Positions 10,419 to 19,223 of a stretch of DNA of 64,000 bases are shown here, piece by piece (the stretch's first letter is position 1; the number at the start of each line of letters is the position of its first letter). Location: positions 10,919 through 74,918 of the forward strand of contig CAVZDL010000016.1 of NCBI GenBank assembly GCA_963774025.1. The letters are read 5' to 3'. The position numbers and the translations under genes were made by a program. The notes below the pieces were generated by a model. The model was not told the origin of the DNA. It worked only from the letters and a program-made list of their open reading frames with translations, and did no database searches. The DNA is from an uncultured Conexibacteraceae bacterium. GTDB taxonomy: Bacteria; Actinomycetota; Thermoleophilia; Solirubrobacterales; Solirubrobacteraceae.

Positions 10419-11742
10419 GTACCGAGCCGATCAGCGCTTCCGGGATGTCGTGGTCGTCACCCAGCGCGAAGAGCGCGGCGATCTCGTCATCGCTGAGGTC
10501 GCGTGCGGCCAGCACTTCGTCGACGAGCCGACGCACGATGGGGCGCTCGCGCCACTCCCAGTGCCGCGAGATCAGGTGAATCGCCGCGAGGCACTCCTCG
10601 ACCTCACCGACGCACTCGAACGGCTTGTCGCCGCCGGTGGCGGTCAGCAGCGCGAAGCCGTCGTACTGAGCCGGGTCGTCGAGAAGGTCTTTGCCGAAGA
10701 TCTCCGTGAGCTTCGCGGGAGGCACGAACGGCGCAAGGATCAGGAACACGAAGCGACATTTGTCGCAGTCACAGCACCACGAGCCGAGCCGCTCGTCGGG
10801 ATTGAGCTGGAAGACTCGATTGCAGCTCGTGAACACGGAGTGATATTGCTCGAGCTTGGCGAAAGCCGAGGCGATGCGGAACTCGGAGGCCAGGCGCAGG
10901 ATCGAGAAGATCTGCGGCGCGCCCTCGATCTCGGCGACGGCGTCTGCCAGGAGCACTTCGGCGCGGCGGCTCTTCGAGAACTGATGGTTGACTTCGATCC
11001 CGTCAAAGACGAAGTTGCCTGCTGAAGCCGAGCGTTCGTTCGCGAGTGCGACCGCGTCATAGCCCTGGGTCGCTGCCGTCAGCAGTGCGACGCAGCTCAC
11101 AATCGCAGTGACCGGAACGTGGCCGTTCAGCGCGCCCTGCTCGTTCAGCTCGAGCAGTAGCGGGTCGATCGTACGCGTGGCGATATGGCGTGGCAGACCG
11201 GCCACGCTCGCCGTTTCGTGGATCGGCGTGGCGTCCCCGACTGAGAACAGGGCTGCCTCGAGCCCGCTCGCACGGGCGATCTCAATAGCGACGACGCTGT
11301 CCTTGCCGCCGCCGACCGGCACCAGGATCCGCTCGAGCGTGGCTCGCGCCGGCGCCTGGACCGCCTCGATGCCGCGCGGGAACTGCGGGCGTGGCAGACG
11401 CTCGAGCCCGTTGACCACCGCGAACTCACCGAGCCCCTCGGAGTAGAGCGTCGACAGCAGCCGCGCCGTGGCCAGCGACGGCGCGCCGGTCTCGCAGACG
11501 AGGTGCTCCGGGATCGCCGCCTTGTAATAGCTGATGCCGGCGACCCAGTGCAGCAGGTCGAGCAGCCCCTCGACGGCCGGCGAGTCGGCGATCGGTAATG
11601 GCAGCACAAAGGTCTCCTCGAACTCGATCTCGTCGAGCGCGTAGCCGAGGCGCACCTTGCCATCGGGAGACAGGCTCCGATAGGTGTACTGGAAGGCCCT
11701 GAACGCGCTCGGGTCAAAGCTCGTATGCGACGCTGTAAACAC
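10399..11742 (-). CDS. PP-loop-like ATP-utilising protein; candidate MurL (UDP-MurNAc-L-Ala-L-Glu epimerase)
   Basis: ORF 10399..11790. Contains an SGGxDS-like motif (VPVGGGKDSVV) and a Cys cluster (WCCDCDKCRF). The ATG at 11790 would overlap the divergent gene starting at 11768, so GTG 11742 is more plausible. The functional call rests on the gene pairing with the MurD-like ORF. Confidence 0.5.
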   Translation of the reverse strand: MFTASHTSFDPSAFRAFQYTYRSLSPDGKVRLGYALDEIEFEETFVLPLPIADSPAVEGLLDLLHWVAGISYYKAAIPEHLVCETGAPSLATARLLSTLYSEGLGEFAVVNGLERLPRPQFPRGIEAVQAPARATLERILVPVGGGKDSVVAIEIARASGLEAALFSVGDATPIHETASVAGLPRHIATRTIDPLLLELNEQGALNGHVPVTAIVSCVALLTAATQGYDAVALANERSASAGNFVFDGIEVNHQFSKSRRAEVLLADAVAEIEGAPQIFSILRLASEFRIASAFAKLEQYHSVFTSCNRVFQLNPDERLGSWCCDCDKCRFVFLILAPFVPPAKLTEIFGKDLLDDPAQYDGFALLTATGGDKPFECVGEVEECLAAIHLISRHWEWRERPIVRRLVDEVLAARDLSDDEIAALFALGDDHDIPEALIGSVREVLGA

Positions 11743-11767
11743 GCTTCTAGCGTAGTCTCGCCGGGCG

Positions 11768-12859
11768 ATGGGCAAGCACGTCGTGATCATCGGGGCGGGA
11801 CTCGTGGGCTGCGCGACCGCCTACTTCCTCGCCCGCGAAGGCGTCGAAGTCACCGTGCTCGACGCGGTCGGAGTGGCCGCCGGCGCCTCGGGGCGCAACA
11901 ACGGACTGATCGAGCACCCCTACGACGCGGCCACTGTCGCGCTGTTCGAGGAGAGCGTCGGCCTGTTGCACGAGCTGCTGGGCGATGCGATGCCGGCGGA
12001 GCCCGTGGGCCCGCTGCTCGTGGCCGAGAGCGAGGCAGACGCACATGCGCTGCTCGCCAGCCACAAGCAGTTCCCCGAGCTCGAGCCGCAGCTGCTCGAG
12101 CCCGCGGCGGCGCGGGCCGCCGAGCCGTTGCTCGCCGACGACATCTGGGGTTGCCTGCTGCGCACGGCCTATCCGGTCCGGCCGTTCGAGGCGACTTCGG
12201 CATTTGCCGATCTGGCGCGGGAGGCCGGCGCAGGTTTCGTCGTGGGGTCCGATTTGATGGAATCGCGTTATAACACCGGCGGCATAACGGCAAGCCGTGT
12301 TCTGGCGAGCCCCGACCGACCGATTGTGGTTGTCGCGGCCGGTGCCCGAACCCCTAGCGTGCTCGAGGGCTACGTGCGCCCCGACGTAGTGACCCCGCTC
12401 TGGGGCGTGATTGTTTCGGTCGAGATGCCGCAGCGCCCGCGCCACCAGCTGATCGAGGGCGTGCTGACGATCGCGCACGGTGATGGCGTCGTTACCGACG
12501 ACGCACCTTTCACGCTGCTTGGCAGTCCCAGCTACCTGGCCGTCGGCTCAACGATGTTGCAGGGAGAGGAGCCGGACGGGAGCGCCTGGTCGCAGCGCCT
12601 GCTCAGCAGGGGCACCCGTTTCGTGCCGGCCATCGAGGAGGCCCGCGTCCTCGGCACACTCGTCTGCGCAAGGCCTCGCGCCTTCGACAACCGGCCGATC
12701 ATGGGCCGGGTACCGGGTCAGGACCGGCTTTGGATGGCGACCGGCCACGGCGGCCGCGGAATGTCACTCGGGCCTGCGTCGGGACGGCTTATGGCCGAGG
12801 CGATCATCGCCGATAGCGACACGGCGATCCCAGCCGTGTTCAGTGCGGCCCGGCTCTAG
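11768..12859 (+). CDS. FAD-dependent oxidoreductase (DAO / glycine-D-amino-acid oxidase family)
   Basis: 363 aa. N-terminal dinucleotide-binding fold VVIIGAGLVGCATAYFLAREG and a C-terminal GHGGRGMSLGP block typical of the DAO family. Confidence 0.8.
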   Translation: MGKHVVIIGAGLVGCATAYFLAREGVEVTVLDAVGVAAGASGRNNGLIEHPYDAATVALFEESVGLLHELLGDAMPAEPVGPLLVAESEADAHALLASHKQFPELEPQLLEPAAARAAEPLLADDIWGCLLRTAYPVRPFEATSAFADLAREAGAGFVVGSDLMESRYNTGGITASRVLASPDRPIVVVAAGARTPSVLEGYVRPDVVTPLWGVIVSVEMPQRPRHQLIEGVLTIAHGDGVVTDDAPFTLLGSPSYLAVGSTMLQGEEPDGSAWSQRLLSRGTRFVPAIEEARVLGTLVCARPRAFDNRPIMGRVPGQDRLWMATGHGGRGMSLGPASGRLMAEAIIADSDTAIPAVFSAARL

Positions 12860-13644
12860 TCGGGCGGCGGGCGCAAGCGAGTTTCGATCTCCGCCCACAG
12901 CGCCTGGTAAGCAACGGTGGCCGGGCCCTCGGGCGCAAACACGGCGACGGGGTTGCGCTCCTCCCCCATCAGCTCGACCTCGTCAGAGGTCGGGATAGCA
13001 ACGCCCAGCACGGTAAGCGCCTCGATCTTGCGCAGCCGCTCCATCACCTGCAGGTGCAATGGCCGGGTGACATCCGCCATCGAGAAGAAGGCGAAGATCG
13101 CGGTGTTGCGTTTGCGACCGACCTTGCCATGGCTCGCCAGCGTCTCCAGCTGCTCATAGGCGCGCGAGGACAGCGTCGACGGGATCACTGGAACGAGCAG
13201 TGCGTCGGACGCCTCGAACACGGCCTCGGAGACGAGCGAGATGCTGGGTGGGCAGTCGAGGAAGATGTAGTCGTACTCCGCGCGCAGCGGTGTCAGCACC
13301 CTGCCCAGCCGCGATGCGGGCTTCTTGAACTGGTCAAGGGCGAGGTCCAGGTGGCGGTAGGAGAAGTCGGCCGGAAGCAGATCGAGCTGATCGTGGTCGG
13401 TCGCCTTGACGTGGTCACCCGCGTGACTGCGCCGCTTAAGCAGCCCGCGCCCGCCGCCCTTCACCTTGGGCCGGACGCGGAAGAGGTAGGTGCTGGCCGC
13501 CTGCGGGTCGAGGTCCCACAGCAGCGTCGGGTGACCGGCCTGCGCGGCCAGGTAAGCGAGGTTAACGGCCGCCGAGGTCTTGCCGACGCCGCCCTTGATG
13601 TTGTAGGTCGCGAGCACCCTGGTGTCGCGCTTCGGTTTGCTCAT
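12856..13644 (-). CDS. ParA/MinD-family ATPase (orphan; no ParB in window)
   Basis: 262 aa. Deviant Walker A NIKGGVGKTS and Walker B-like YIFLDCPP. Its stop overlaps the convergent oxidoreductase stop (CTAG). Confidence 0.85.
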   Translation of the reverse strand: MSKPKRDTRVLATYNIKGGVGKTSAAVNLAYLAAQAGHPTLLWDLDPQAASTYLFRVRPKVKGGGRGLLKRRSHAGDHVKATDHDQLDLLPADFSYRHLDLALDQFKKPASRLGRVLTPLRAEYDYIFLDCPPSISLVSEAVFEASDALLVPVIPSTLSSRAYEQLETLASHGKVGRKRNTAIFAFFSMADVTRPLHLQVMERLRKIEALTVLGVAIPTSDEVELMGEERNPVAVFAPEGPATVAYQALWAEIETRLRPPPD

Positions 13645-13668
13645 CGCGTCAAGTTCATCGGCTGAAGC

Positions 13669-14883
13669 TCATCTGCTGAAGACGTCAGCCACGAGCTTGC
13701 ATTGTGCCTCGGACGCGAACTCGGCGAAGCTGGCCGCGAAACTTTCGCGGGCCGCTTCCGCGTCAGCCTCGAGCCGCTCGATCAGTACGCCGATCGCCAT
13801 CAGCGCGCCGGCGCCGCCGGGCTTTGACACGAGTGACTGGGCGATCTCCCTGAGCATCTCCATCTGCACCTCACGATCCTGGTGCAGTCCGAGCACATCC
13901 TGCAGGCCTTTGAGGCTCTTGATCATCGGCCTGACGACCTCGTCGTCGAACAGCGGCTTCGCGAACAGCTCCAGCAGGTAGCGCAGCTCCTTACCCTTCT
14001 TGCGCAGCTCGTGGTAATCCTCGGGCGGCGAGTGCGGGGTGATCGCGCGCCCCATCCGCACCATGCTGCGGTGGACCTTGCGTACCCGGCCGGCGGTGAC
14101 CTCGCCAATAGGACGCGGCGCATCCGGGCGTTGGGCCTCGTCCTCGAGCACGAGCAGCTCGAGGATGTCCAGCCACTCGGTATGCAGAGTCCGCGCCCGA
14201 TCGCTCCTGAGCCCCTCCTCCATCGCCGCGCGTGCCCCGCGGTGCCGCGCGCTTAAAAGCGCCTGCAGGGGCGCAAGGTCGGCCTGCATCGTGGCGGGCG
14301 CCATCGCCTGCAGCTCCTCGAAACCTCGCAGGTAGACGTCGAGGTCGCGGGTCGCGCTGGTCTGATCCTGGAGCCACTTGAACGAGGCCCGCACCCGCGC
14401 CAGATCTGCAGGCGCGAACACGCCCCGCATCTCCCGCAGCACCGAGCGAGTGCGCCGGATCGCGACGCGAAAATCGTGCAGATACTCGATGTCGGCACCG
14501 ACAAGCGCGCCCGGCAGGTTCTGATCCTGAATCTCGCGCAGGCGCAGCAACACACGCGCGACCACGGCATCGGATCGCTCGAGAGGTTCCATCGCCACGT
14601 CGACGCTCGACCACTCTGCGGCGGGCGTGAAACCGTGCTGCAGCAGCAGCCATTCGATCCGCTCGCGCTCCTTGTCGTAGCCGCGTAGCGGCTGCACATC
14701 GACCCACCAGCCGGCGCCGGGGGCGACCGTGACCGAGAGCCGGCAGACGATCTTGCCGAGCTCGTCTCGCACCACCGGCTCGCCGGTGCGCGCTTCCTGC
14801 TCGACCGTGAAGGTGGGCGCCAGCGCCGAGCGAGCGGCAGTCAATGGGCTGCTCAGGCTGAGCAGGCCCTCGCGGTCGCTCAC
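13669..14883 (-). CDS. CHAD-domain protein with a short CYTH-like N-terminal remnant
   Basis: Within ORF 13669..15357. GTG 14883 overlaps the argD stop (GTGA). CHAD-type helices: YLHDFRVAIRRTRSVLR, TRDLDVYL, DYHELRKKGKELRYLLELF and LGLHQDREV. Confidence 0.75.
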   Translation of the reverse strand: MSDREGLLSLSSPLTAARSALAPTFTVEQEARTGEPVVRDELGKIVCRLSVTVAPGAGWWVDVQPLRGYDKERERIEWLLLQHGFTPAAEWSSVDVAMEPLERSDAVVARVLLRLREIQDQNLPGALVGADIEYLHDFRVAIRRTRSVLREMRGVFAPADLARVRASFKWLQDQTSATRDLDVYLRGFEELQAMAPATMQADLAPLQALLSARHRGARAAMEEGLRSDRARTLHTEWLDILELLVLEDEAQRPDAPRPIGEVTAGRVRKVHRSMVRMGRAITPHSPPEDYHELRKKGKELRYLLELFAKPLFDDEVVRPMIKSLKGLQDVLGLHQDREVQMEMLREIAQSLVSKPGGAGALMAIGVLIERLEADAEAARESFAASFAEFASEAQCKLVADVFSR

Positions 14884-16040
14884 GGCAACAGCCGTCCCAG
14901 GCGCCTGACCGCTTCGTCGATCTGCGCCTCGGTGACGATCAGCGGCGGCTCCATGCGCAGGCTCGAAGGGCCGGTCGCGTTGATCACGAGTCGCTCTTCG
15001 AGCAACGCACGGCGCGCGAGCTCGATCGCGGAGACCCCGGACACCAACTCGGTGCCGAGGAGCAACCCGCGCCCGCGCACCGACGCGACGAACGGCAGCT
15101 CTTCGAGCGCCGCGGTTAGGCGCTCGCCCATAGCGGTCACGTGCGCGAGCAAGCCCGGCTCCGAGCAGATCTCGAGCGCCGCCAGCGCAGCCGCGCATGC
15201 CACCGGGCCGCCCGCAAAGGTGGACCCGTGGTCCCCGGGCTGAAGCGTGTCGGCGAGCTTCTCGCCGGTTACCAGCGCGCCGATCGGCAGCCCGCCACCG
15301 AGCGCTTTGGCGCTCGTCAGCGCGTCGGGCACCACGCCGGTCTGTTCGTAGGCCCACAGCGTGCCAGTGCGCCCCATACCGGTCTGCACCTCATCGAAGA
15401 TCAGCGCCGCGCCCTCGCGATCGCAGGCCGCGCGGGCGGTCTGCAGGAACTCGGCTGACAGCGGAAGCACGCCGCTCTCGCCCTGAATCGGCTCGAGCAG
15501 CACCGCCGCGGTCTGCGAGCCGACCGCGGCATCGATCGCCGCCGAATCCTTCTCGCTGACGACGAACCCAGGCACCAGTGGGGCGAACGGCGCCTGCTTC
15601 GCCTCTTGTGGCGTCGCCGAGAGCGCGCCGTAGGTGCGACCGTGGAAGGCGTCGCGCAGGACGACGATGTCGCCGCCTCGCCTATGACGTCGGGCCAGCT
15701 TGATGGCTGCCTCGTTTGCCTCGGCGCCCGAGTTGCAGAGGAAGACCTTGCCGCCGAGCGAGCTTCGCGCCAGCTGCTGCGACAGACGCATGGCCTGCTC
15801 GGTGTAGTAGAGGTTGGAGACGTGGGTGAGCTTCGCCGCCTGCTCCTGGACCGCGGCCACCACGCGCGGGTGGCAGTGCCCGACGTTCAGCACCGAGATC
15901 CCGGCCAGGAAGTCGAGGTACTCGACGCCCGCATCATCCCACAGGCTCACGCCCTGGCCGCGGACGAACTCGACCTGGTTACGGACATACGTCGGGATCA
16001 CGTATTCGCGCTCGAGCATCTGCAACTCGGCCAGAGCCAT
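14880..16040 (-). CDS. argD: acetylornithine aminotransferase
   Basis: Start MALAELQMLEREYVIPTYVRN at ATG 16040. Class-III aminotransferase blocks (FLCNSGAEANEAA, IFDEVQTGMGRTG). The longer track ORF is an N-terminal shadow extension. Confidence 0.9.
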   Translation of the reverse strand: MALAELQMLEREYVIPTYVRNQVEFVRGQGVSLWDDAGVEYLDFLAGISVLNVGHCHPRVVAAVQEQAAKLTHVSNLYYTEQAMRLSQQLARSSLGGKVFLCNSGAEANEAAIKLARRHRRGGDIVVLRDAFHGRTYGALSATPQEAKQAPFAPLVPGFVVSEKDSAAIDAAVGSQTAAVLLEPIQGESGVLPLSAEFLQTARAACDREGAALIFDEVQTGMGRTGTLWAYEQTGVVPDALTSAKALGGGLPIGALVTGEKLADTLQPGDHGSTFAGGPVACAAALAALEICSEPGLLAHVTAMGERLTAALEELPFVASVRGRGLLLGTELVSGVSAIELARRALLEERLVINATGPSSLRMEPPLIVTEAQIDEAVRRLGRLLP

Positions 16041-16969
16041 CAGGCCCCCTCGGCGGCGACGGGATCGGGATCGGGGACGATCATCGTCCCCTGCCCCTCG
16101 TTGGTGAACAACTCGAGCAGCAGTGAGTGCGGTACGCGACCGTCGACGATCACGGCGCTGGGCACACCGCCCTCGACGGCGTGCAGGCACGCTGCCAGCT
16201 TCGGTCGCATGCCGCCGCCGACGCCCGCAAGCGCCTCGCGCAGCTCGGTCGCGGTCGCCTCTGCGACAAGCGTGCTCGGATCGCCCGGGTCGCGGAACCA
16301 TCCAGCGACGTCAGTCAGGAACATCGTCTTGTAGGCGCCGAGCGCAGCGGCAACGGCCGCCGCTGCGTCGTCGGCGTTTATGTTGTATGAGTTGCCATGC
16401 TCGTCGGCTCCGACGCTCGCGATTACGGGTATGTAGTCGCTGCCGACGTGCGTGAGCACGCCCGTGTCGACGTGATCGATCCTGCCGACGAAGCCGATGT
16501 CCTGACCGCTCGGTGACGCCAGCCGGCTGCAGTGGAAGAGGCGTCCGTCATCTCCGCTGAGGCCGACAGCTGGCTGTCCGTGCCGGTTGATCAGCAGCAC
16601 GATGTCCTTGTTGACCTTGCCGACCAGCACCATCTTTGCGAGCTTGACGGTCTCCGCGTCCGACACACGTAGTCCCTCGACGAACTTGACGGGCATGTCG
16701 AGCCGCTCCATGTAGGCCGTGATCTCGGGGCCGCCGCCATGCACGATCACCGGGTTGATGCCGACGTACTTGAGCAGCGTGATGTCGCGTGCGAACTCTT
16801 GCTTGAGCATGGGGTCGGTCATCGCGGCCCCGCCGTACTTGATCACCACCGTCCGGCCATGGAATTCGCGGATGTACGGGAGTGCCTCGAGCAGCGTGAC
16901 GACATCACGCTGGGTGCGCACGGGCTGCTCGGGACCCGTCAGCTCCGGGTTCTCGCCGACCTCGGTCAT
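16040..16969 (-). CDS. argB: acetylglutamate kinase
   Basis: 309 aa. Contains VVIKYGGAAM, VIVHGGGP and an amino-acid-kinase fold pattern. Its stop shares one nt with the argD ATG (ATGA). Confidence 0.92.
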   Translation of the reverse strand: MTEVGENPELTGPEQPVRTQRDVVTLLEALPYIREFHGRTVVIKYGGAAMTDPMLKQEFARDITLLKYVGINPVIVHGGGPEITAYMERLDMPVKFVEGLRVSDAETVKLAKMVLVGKVNKDIVLLINRHGQPAVGLSGDDGRLFHCSRLASPSGQDIGFVGRIDHVDTGVLTHVGSDYIPVIASVGADEHGNSYNINADDAAAAVAAALGAYKTMFLTDVAGWFRDPGDPSTLVAEATATELREALAGVGGGMRPKLAACLHAVEGGVPSAVIVDGRVPHSLLLELFTNEGQGTMIVPDPDPVAAEGA

Positions 16970-18213
16970 GTCGTGTACTCGGCGTTGATCGTCACATACC
17001 CGTGACCGAGGTCTGAGAAGTAACGCTCGGCCTCGGCGCCGTCTCCGGGGAGCACGACCTCATAGTCGACCTCGTCGCCCTTGACGGCCTCCGCCAGAGC
17101 CGCGGCGTCGTGTTCGACGTAGCCGCCGTTCACACACACGACGATGCCCTCAATCGAGATGTCTACGTTCAGGTGGGAAGCCCCCGGCAGCGCCGCGCCG
17201 ACGGCTTGTATGACCCGCCCCCAGTTGGGATCGCCTCCGTACAGCGCTGTCTTCACCAACGGCGAGTCGGCGATCGCGTGCGCGACGCGCTCGACACCGC
17301 GATGATCGCCGCCCTTGACGATCACGCGCCCGACACGGCGCGCACCCTCACCGTCCTTGGCGACCAGCAGCGCGACCTGTCGCAGCGCCGCGTCGAGCGC
17401 TTCGCCGAACGCACGCTCATCCTCGCTCTTGGGCTCAATCCGTACACCGGAGGCTCCGGAGGCCTGCAGCACGATCGTGTCCGAGGTGGAGAGCTGCCCG
17501 TCGACGCTGATGCGGTCGAACGAGCGCTTTGTGCAGACCGACAACAGCAGCTCGGCCTCGTCGGCCTGGAGCTCGGCATCGGTCTGAATGAACACCAGCA
17601 GCGTCGCGAAACTCGGCGAGATCATGCCGGCGCCCTTGGCCTGGATGCTCAGCCGCACCGTGCCGGCCGCGAGCGCCACATTGAGCGTGACCTGCTTGCG
17701 GAAAGCGTCAGTCGTCCGGATCGCCTCGGCAAAGGCGTCTCCTCCCTCCGGGCGCAGCTCGCTTCCGATTGCCGCGATCCCGGCGAGGACCCGCTCGATC
17801 GGGAGCGGCACTCCGATCACTCCGGTCGACGCGACGGCGACCTGTTGCTCGTCGACCTCGGCGATGCGCGCTGCGACGGTGCGCATCGCGGCGGCGTCAT
17901 CGAGCCCGCGCTGGCCGGTCGCGGCATTGGCGTTACCCGAGTTGACCACCACGGCGCGGAGCGCCCACAGCTTTGACTCGTGGCGGGTGAACAGCACCGG
18001 CGCCGACTGCACGCCCGAGCGGCAGAAGCGCGCCGCGCTGGTCACGTGCTCGGCGTCGCAGACGACCAGCGCCAGATCCCTGGCGCCGTCGGGCTTGATC
18101 CCGCAGGCGATGCCGGCGGCCCGGAAGCCAAGTGGCAGCAGCCCGTCGTCAGCCTCGGTGACGTTGTCAGGACGCTCCACCCAGCGGGAGGAGAAGAATG
18201 AGGCGGCGGTCAC
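16966..18213 (-). CDS. argJ: bifunctional ornithine acetyltransferase / N-acetylglutamate synthase
   Basis: Inside ORF 16966..18288. GTG 18213 overlaps the argC stop (GTGA). Carries the autoprocessing-site context GAGMISPSFATLLVFIQTD (ATML-type site). Confidence 0.88.
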   Translation of the reverse strand: MTAASFFSSRWVERPDNVTEADDGLLPLGFRAAGIACGIKPDGARDLALVVCDAEHVTSAARFCRSGVQSAPVLFTRHESKLWALRAVVVNSGNANAATGQRGLDDAAAMRTVAARIAEVDEQQVAVASTGVIGVPLPIERVLAGIAAIGSELRPEGGDAFAEAIRTTDAFRKQVTLNVALAAGTVRLSIQAKGAGMISPSFATLLVFIQTDAELQADEAELLLSVCTKRSFDRISVDGQLSTSDTIVLQASGASGVRIEPKSEDERAFGEALDAALRQVALLVAKDGEGARRVGRVIVKGGDHRGVERVAHAIADSPLVKTALYGGDPNWGRVIQAVGAALPGASHLNVDISIEGIVVCVNGGYVEHDAAALAEAVKGDEVDYEVVLPGDGAEAERYFSDLGHGYVTINAEYTT

Positions 18214-19223
18214 GCGATGCCCGTCCCCTCCGGCAGCCCGAACATCAAATTCAGGTTCTGGACCGCCTGCGACGCGGTCCCCTTCCACAGGTTGTCGATC
18301 GCGCCGAACACGATCGCGCGGCCGGTTCGCTCGTCGCGGTGCAGGGAGACCCGGCAGATATTCGTCTCGCGGACCGCGCGCACACCAGGCGGCTGCTGCA
18401 CCAGTTCGATGAACTGCTCTGCGTCGTATGCGTCGCGGTAGAGATCGTCAAGCTCGCCCGTGCTGACCGTCGGGTCCGTCAGCGTCGCGTAGCAGGAGAC
18501 GAGCTCACCCTGGTCGAGCGGCAGCAGGTGCGGCGTGAATGTGATCCTGACGTCGTTGCCGAGCGCGGCCAACTCCTGCTCGATCTCGGGTGTGTGTCGG
18601 TGACGGGGCACTCCATAGGCGTTGACGTTCTCATCGACGGTCACGAAGTGGGTCTCCTCAGTCGCGCCGCGTCCTGCGCCCGAGGCCCCGGACTTGGCGT
18701 CGACGACCACGTCGGCGAGCAGACCGGCGCGCGCCAGCGGCGCGAGCGCGAGGATCGTGGCCGTCGGATAGCAACCCGGGTTGGCGACCAGCGCCGCCGC
18801 TGCGATCTGCTCGCGGTAGAGCTCCGGCAAACCGTAGGCGGCCTCAGTGATCAGCCCGGGTTCGGGGTGCGGCTGGTACCACTCCTCGTAGGTCCCGGCG
18901 TCACGCAGGCGGAAATCGGCGCTGAGGTCGACCAGCTTCACCCCGCGCTCGCGCAGCTGTGCGACGAACGGCGCCGAGGCGCCGTGCGGGTAGGCAACGA
19001 TCGCCGCATCGACGTCGCCGTGCCTATCGATGTCCACCTGCTCGAGCACCAGCGGCACGCGGTGGTGCGGGTAGACGTCGTCAAGCCGGCGGCCGACGTC
19101 GCTGCGCGCGGTGATCCACTTCAGCTCGAACTTGGGGTGGCTGTGCAGCAGCCGGGCGGCCAGCGAGCCGGCGTAGCCGGCGGCGCCGAAGACGGCGACT
19201 TTGTATGTGTCACTCGCCGGCAC
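18210..19223 (-). CDS. argC: N-acetyl-gamma-glutamyl-phosphate reductase
   Basis: 337 aa. KVAVFGAAGYAG NAD(P)-binding start and catalytic Cys context NPGCYPT. The GTG start lies 14 nt inside the end of pheT. Confidence 0.92.
   Translation of the reverse strand: MPASDTYKVAVFGAAGYAGSLAARLLHSHPKFELKWITARSDVGRRLDDVYPHHRVPLVLEQVDIDRHGDVDAAIVAYPHGASAPFVAQLRERGVKLVDLSADFRLRDAGTYEEWYQPHPEPGLITEAAYGLPELYREQIAAAALVANPGCYPTATILALAPLARAGLLADVVVDAKSGASGAGRGATEETHFVTVDENVNAYGVPRHRHTPEIEQELAALGNDVRITFTPHLLPLDQGELVSCYATLTDPTVSTGELDDLYRDAYDAEQFIELVQQPPGVRAVRETNICRVSLHRDERTGRAIVFGAIDNLWKGTASQAVQNLNLMFGLPEGTGIA

Noticed and set aside
13669-16301. N-terminal extensions of track ORFs (13669..15357, 14880..16301, and similarly 29589..31046, 31238..32317, 38839..41400, 50777..52981, 53163..54776)
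   Set aside because: The extended parts overlap the upstream gene and are Arg-rich. Conserved N-termini and stop/start overlaps define shorter genes, and the coordinates in the feature list were adjusted accordingly.
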